This document shows positions 59,406-64,000 of a stretch of 64,000 nt of DNA, in pieces; positions within the stretch are counted from its first letter, which is position 1, and each line of letters starts with the position of its first letter. Source of the stretch: Promethearchaeota archaeon (GTDB lineage: Archaea > Asgardarchaeota > Thorarchaeia > Thorarchaeales > Thorarchaeaceae); contig WJMJ01000078.1 of assembly GCA_014728035.1 (NCBI GenBank), positions 1 through 64,000 on the forward strand, read 5' to 3'. Position numbers and translations under genes: made by a program. The notes below the pieces were generated by a model that saw only the letters and a program-made list of their open reading frames with translations, searched no databases and was not told the origin of the DNA.

Positions 59406-60524
59406 TTGGGGGAAATAGGGCTGGAGCTAGACCGGCTCATCAGGATACTGGAAAATCCCCCATCAGTTCTTCGACCAGCTATCCTTCCTGATTTCTTTCT
59501 CGACCATTTTGTAGTTACAGAAAAGATTGAGGACTTTGTAGATGGTTTAATTCAACTAGCATCCCAAGGTGGAGGAAATTTACTTGGGTCTTTCCAATTT
59601 ATTCGGCCTGGAGGGAATACTGTCAACACCGCCTCTGCACTTCTGAAGATGGGACTTGACCCTCTTATGGTAATTACTACCGATGAATATGGTGCATCCA
59701 TGCTTAAGGCATTGGTAGATTCTGATTTGGACCTCTCTCATGTTCATACGGATGGAGCCTTATCTGCAACCGTTTCTATAGAAGGGGAATATCAAGGACG
59801 CCATGTTAATCTCATGGTTAGTGATAGCGGCTCAGCAGCGAAATTTACAATCAATGACCTGACTGAGGAGGACATTACAGCTATCAAGAACTGTGGACTG
59901 GTCGCTCTTCTGAATTTGAATCATAACACAGCAGGTGTGGAATTTGTAACTGACTTGTTTTCACAATTAGAAGGAAATAACATTACCAAGTTAATCGATA
60001 CAGGAGATCCTTCTGCGAGACCAAATATGGTTCAAGACCTCACTGACAAAGTTCTAGCACAAAAAATAGTTGATGTTATTGGAGTTAATGAAAATGAAGT
60101 GTGTTGGTTTGCGTGGGCACTTGATAAGAGAAATGAAAGATGGAGAGAGCAAATTTCACACCCCGAACATTGGATAAAGGCAGGAAAGTATGTATCAACT
60201 GAAACTGGAGTTAGAGTTGATCTGCACACCCCATATTTTGCAGCTTCAATACTCGCGGATGAAATTACATGTACTCCAACATTTGAAGTAATTCCGAAAA
60301 TCACACTTGGCGCAGGGGATACATGGAATGCTGGAAATATTTTTGGAATTCTCCATGAATTGGAACCATTAGATCGACTTGTTCTTGCAAATTCCGCTGC
60401 AGCACTCTATGTTTCTTCTAGGAATACAAACCATCCGTACTTGGAGGAGATAATTAGATTCCTGAAAAATCCTCCAAGACTCTCACATATCGGTACAAAG
60501 TTACTTAAATCAGATTGTAAATAG
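59406..60524 (+). CDS. PfkB family carbohydrate kinase
   Basis: GGNTVNTA, NENE, TLGAGDTWNAG. Confidence 0.88.
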   Translation: MGEIGLELDRLIRILENPPSVLRPAILPDFFLDHFVVTEKIEDFVDGLIQLASQGGGNLLGSFQFIRPGGNTVNTASALLKMGLDPLMVITTDEYGASMLKALVDSDLDLSHVHTDGALSATVSIEGEYQGRHVNLMVSDSGSAAKFTINDLTEEDITAIKNCGLVALLNLNHNTAGVEFVTDLFSQLEGNNITKLIDTGDPSARPNMVQDLTDKVLAQKIVDVIGVNENEVCWFAWALDKRNERWREQISHPEHWIKAGKYVSTETGVRVDLHTPYFAASILADEITCTPTFEVIPKITLGAGDTWNAGNIFGILHELEPLDRLVLANSAAALYVSSRNTNHPYLEEIIRFLKNPPRLSHIGTKLLKSDCK

Positions 60525-60560
60525 TACTGATGTTATAATCTTGAATTTGAGAGTGAAATC

Positions 60561-61475
60561 TTGGATTTAGAACGAGTACTGACGAAACTACGATATGATG
60601 AGAGCGTCAGTGGCTATTCTCTCATTACTAACAAAGGAGAACCATTTCTTTCATTTAGCTTACCAGAAGAAGTGATCCCTCAAATTCGTGGTACACTTGA
60701 AGTTCACTCAAAATCATTACGACTGATGAATATAATGACTGGACAAGGTACAGTTGTCCTTGCAAGAATAGACAATAACTGGGTGCTTGCAGTACTATTC
60801 AATCCAGACCAAAGCTTAGGCATGTGTCTGCAAAAATCAAAGGCGGTGGTCGAATCCCTTGAAGGAGTGGATATAACTCCACCTCCAAGTATCACCAAAT
60901 CGGAGCAATCTCAAACAGAAACGGAATCATCTGTGTCTGTTGAGTCACACTCGGAGATTGAAACAGATTTGGATATTGACGACATACCAATGGAAGAAAT
61001 TGATGTAAGACATGGTTGTGTAGTACACAAGAGCGATAGATACGATGAAGCAATGAGTATGGAATCTAAATTGAATGAAGAAATGCGCTTCAAATTTTCA
61101 AATGCGGCGATTGACACCATACTTATGGTTGACGAAACAAGAACAGTACAGAAAATAAGTGAAACATTGTCTAAGAGGTTGGAGCAAATCATAGATATTG
61201 TGAAGTGGTGTGTTTCCAAGCATATTCTCACTGTAGAGTGTCCATCTCAGCAAGAACCAGGAGCTCGTGAGATCGTAGAAGTACCAATTTTTGATGGTGA
61301 ATTCAAAAAGGTGAAGAAAGAACATAAAGAAGTAATAGAATTATGTACTGGTGACCTTACAGTTCAAGAAATCGCAGACCACTTGAAAATACCCTATTTC
61401 CAAGTATTACAGAGCATTATTCCCTATAAAGGAAAGACTGTCAAATTCGTTAGAAAAGATAAAGTAGTTAACTAG
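60561..61475 (+). CDS. Roadblock-like N-terminal domain + acidic linker + two wHTH-like domains
   Basis: GYSLITNKG.PFLSF roadblock-like pattern; DETRTVQKIS and GDLTVQEIAD wHTH starts. Confidence 0.65.
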   Translation: MDLERVLTKLRYDESVSGYSLITNKGEPFLSFSLPEEVIPQIRGTLEVHSKSLRLMNIMTGQGTVVLARIDNNWVLAVLFNPDQSLGMCLQKSKAVVESLEGVDITPPPSITKSEQSQTETESSVSVESHSEIETDLDIDDIPMEEIDVRHGCVVHKSDRYDEAMSMESKLNEEMRFKFSNAAIDTILMVDETRTVQKISETLSKRLEQIIDIVKWCVSKHILTVECPSQQEPGAREIVEVPIFDGEFKKVKKEHKEVIELCTGDLTVQEIADHLKIPYFQVLQSIIPYKGKTVKFVRKDKVVN

Positions 61476-61484
61476 TATGGAGAT

Positions 61485-61994
61485 ATGAGAATGGGATTAA
61501 AAGGAAGATTAGCGTGGGCGCTTAAGATAGATAAAGTTTCTAAGCCGCTATTCCAAGCTGTTTGGCGAGAATTGTTGAATAATCTATTTCAGACCTGTGA
61601 TAGTGTTGATGAGATCAACAAGAAACTCAAATCAATTGGGTTCAAAGTTGGAGAACATCTTTTGATGGACTATGCTGAAAGAATCAAAGAACATGCACAG
61701 AGTTTTACAGAGTTTGCAGATACACTGAAGCTGGCATACAAAGTCAACTCAGGACAGGATTTCACTGACGTATGGATAAGTGATGATGAGAGCACCATCA
61801 AATTCAGTGATGCTGATTGTCCTATTTGCGAAGGTGTTGTCATAAACGATATGCCAGGTCTTCAATACTGTAATCTAGTCAGTGGTGTGTTTCAAGCAGT
61901 ATTAACGCTGCGAGGTTTCAAAGGAGATGCATATCAAGAATCATGCAAAGCACTTGGCGATGAGATTTGCACTTGGACTATAAAACAAGCTTGA
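61485..61994 (+). CDS. Bet3/TRAPP-like (V4R-related) protein
   Basis: KVSKPLF...EINKKLKSIGFKVGEHLL..Y, LQYCNLVSGVFQAVL resemble Bet3; V4R Cys set (CPIC, C, ESC...C). Confidence 0.8.
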   Translation: MRMGLKGRLAWALKIDKVSKPLFQAVWRELLNNLFQTCDSVDEINKKLKSIGFKVGEHLLMDYAERIKEHAQSFTEFADTLKLAYKVNSGQDFTDVWISDDESTIKFSDADCPICEGVVINDMPGLQYCNLVSGVFQAVLTLRGFKGDAYQESCKALGDEICTWTIKQA

Positions 61995-62056
61995 ATAATC
62001 TGTTTCTGTGATTCTTTGCATAGCTATAAATGCACTCACATATATGAACAAACAGA

Positions 62057-62593
62057 TTGAACAGAAGCGGAGGAAAATATTTGGGTCAACTTGTTGGAAC
62101 CCTTGTGGGTCTAGTTACTGCATTTGTTGTATCATTCATTCTTCTTACTTTTGGAGTCTTTCTGCCGCCAGAATTGGTGCCAGCACAAATAGTAGATGAT
62201 TTTGCATTGTACACGGATTTGGAACTGAAGTTAGCAATCACAGGAACCGTGCTATTCCCATCCCCCTTTGAAGCCACACTAGGACACGCTTTGACCTATG
62301 GCGCTAGAGGATGGACTGTTCTCATGTTTCTAAGTTGGGGTCTCGGTGGATTAGCAGCTGGCCTACTATCACGAGACATTGTTCAAGGTGTTTTCGCAGC
62401 TATATTTGCAGCTGCCATCGGAGCTTTATTGACATGGCTTCTAATTTTCGTAATTCAAATTCCAGATTTCAGTCAAATTTTTGGAACTGGGTCTCTTTTC
62501 ATTATGCAATCCGCACTTGAAGGAATGATATATCCCGCTATTGTTGGAGGGATAGGTGGACTATTAGGTGGAGCCATCACTCGGGAACGGTAA
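62057..62593 (+). CDS. Gly-rich membrane protein (about 4 TM)
   Basis: Hydrophobic helices with GxxxG motifs. Confidence 0.65.
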   Translation: MNRSGGKYLGQLVGTLVGLVTAFVVSFILLTFGVFLPPELVPAQIVDDFALYTDLELKLAITGTVLFPSPFEATLGHALTYGARGWTVLMFLSWGLGGLAAGLLSRDIVQGVFAAIFAAAIGALLTWLLIFVIQIPDFSQIFGTGSLFIMQSALEGMIYPAIVGGIGGLLGGAITRER

Positions 62594-63176
62594 TCAATTC
62601 AAGAGCTTTGGGACGAAGTACGTTTCCACACTCTGAACAGATAATAGGATTAGATTTGAATACTGCACCACATTCACAAGTGGATTCTATTATTGGAGGT
62701 GCAATAGACTCGTTTTCACTAAGAATTTGCTTTTTGACCAATACAACAGGAACTGCTGATAATAAAGCAAGCATTGATGCCCCAATGGATTTTATGAATT
62801 GAAAAAGAATAATCAAATTTCGTTCATTTTGGTCACCGGTCCAAAAGGTACTGTCTTCAAGAATCATAGAGATGATGCTCAGAATTGCAATGACAACACC
62901 AGTCCAAAAAACAGTTCTAATCGTGTTCCATTTGGATTCTGAAAATATTCCTCCGATTAGCCCAACAGCAAACCATACCAAAAGATAACCTAGCAGACCA
63001 TGAAATAGGAAAAGCATTGATAGATCTTGAAGCAGAATACTACCGTGTAGAAGCGGTGAAAGAATATCATAAGGTGAAGGATAAGTAATTGGTTCAGGAT
63101 TTCTAAGAAACACGATACAAATTGTACCAATTATCGCGCCAATTATTCCACCAATCATATTACGCATCAATTTCAC
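62577..63176 (-). CDS. Membrane protein (about 4 TM) with C-terminal zinc ribbon
   Basis: TM helices; CECG...CSECG. Confidence 0.65.
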   Translation of the reverse strand: MKLMRNMIGGIIGAIIGTICIVFLRNPEPITYPSPYDILSPLLHGSILLQDLSMLFLFHGLLGYLLVWFAVGLIGGIFSESKWNTIRTVFWTGVVIAILSIISMILEDSTFWTGDQNERNLIILFQFIKSIGASMLALLSAVPVVLVKKQILSENESIAPPIIESTCECGAVFKSNPIICSECGNVLRPKALELITVPE

Positions 63177-63394
63177 TCCGGCAGGCTACACTGTTACTAT
63201 GAATTTGATAGTTGGTTCCACTTAATGGTTTCCAAAAGGGCGCATAATCATAAAAACAGACTAAAGGAAGAGAATTATATATTATGAAAAGAATTTTCAG
63301 AGTATATTACCACAATCCTTTTGTGAGTAATTCGTGCAAGATATAGTGTACACGCAGGTCTATATTCATCCACAGAGAGCGTGAGGTGCCGTAT

Positions 63395-64000
63395 ATGAGC
63401 AATGATTTGGAACGTGCATTGTCAAAACTTCGATTTGATGATCAAGTATTAGGATATTCTTTAATGACAAAAGCTGGCAGACCATTTGTCAGTTTTGCTT
63501 TTCCTGAGGATTTATTTCCGCGTGTCAAAAACAGCATCAAGCTGTATAAGGCAGACCTGCGATTAATGACTATTGACACAGAAAAGGGATTAGTTGTACT
63601 TGCACCTGTTGATGTAAATTGGATATTGACTGTGTTGTATGTTCCTGAATTACAGCTTGGTCTTGCTATTGCAAAGACCAAAAACGTCCTTCGATTATTG
63701 GAAGGTATCGAACTTCCTCCACCACCGGATGAATTCGAAGAAGCATCCGAAGACAACCTTCAGGTTTTGGAAACGATAGCAATGAAGGCAGCTTCGACCG
63801 AAGCGGAACCCACCACAGATACGACTCCAGTTGCACCCGAAGTAGAAGAAGAGGATGAAGAAGACGCAGAATTAACACCTGATGATTTTGATGTGCAACC
63901 AGGTACAATTCCCAAGCGCGGAGAAACGTACTCAACATCTCTTTCACTAGATTCAGATCTCTACAAAGAGATGAAAAAATTGTACCGGAATTTTGGCTTT
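63395..64000 (+). CDS. Paralogue of the 60561 roadblock-like protein; runs off the window
   Basis: Manual translation MSNDLERALSKLRFDDQVLGYSLMTKAGRPFVSFAFPE...LEGIELPPPP; GAGGTG SD; open to the window end. Confidence 0.85.
   Translation, partial: MSNDLERALSKLRFDDQVLGYSLMTKAGRPFVSFAFPEDLFPRVKNSIKLYKADLRLMTIDTEKGLVVLAPVDVNWILTVLYVPELQLGLAIAKTKNVLRLLEGIELPPPPDEFEEASEDNLQVLETIAMKAASTEAEPTTDTTPVAPEVEEEDEEDAELTPDDFDVQPGTIPKRGETYSTSLSLDSDLYKEMKKLYRNFGF

Noticed and set aside
1-64000. CRISPR arrays, IS elements, inteins, rRNA
   Set aside because: No regularly spaced repeats, transposase motifs, intein signatures or rRNA-like segments noticed by eye

Overview
Gene-dense, AT-rich archaeal chromosome segment, most consistent with an Asgard archaeon (probably Thorarchaeia). 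Evidence: an EF-2 paralogue without the diphthamide motif, two Rab-like GTPases, roadblock proteins, a Bet3/TRAPP-like protein, a WD40 protein, a HEAT + coat-appendage-like protein and an alpha-SNAP-like TPR protein. Housekeeping content includes nrdD with an NrdH-like redoxin, thyA, PolB2, larC, cofE, eIF5A, NAD kinase, Nob1, glnA, L13e, a PAC2 chaperone and an intron-containing tRNA-Leu(CAG). No CRISPR, transposase, integrase or rRNA was seen. Best candidates for undescribed systems: (1) a soluble metF-mtrH'-mtrA-mtrH-mmp14 operon without any membrane Mtr subunits, possibly a methyl shuttle between folate and methanopterin pools; (2) a CxxC thioredoxin/KaiB-like gene coupled to two single-domain KaiC genes that look like separated CI and CII halves, next to a roadblock/GTPase pair; (3) a symmetric Rab-WD40 | HEAT/beta-COP-appendage-Rab block resembling a split proto-coat; (4) three genes apparently starting at near-cognate codons (ACG, CTG, ATA) behind strong Shine-Dalgarno motifs. 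All family calls were made by eye from motifs; no database search was run.
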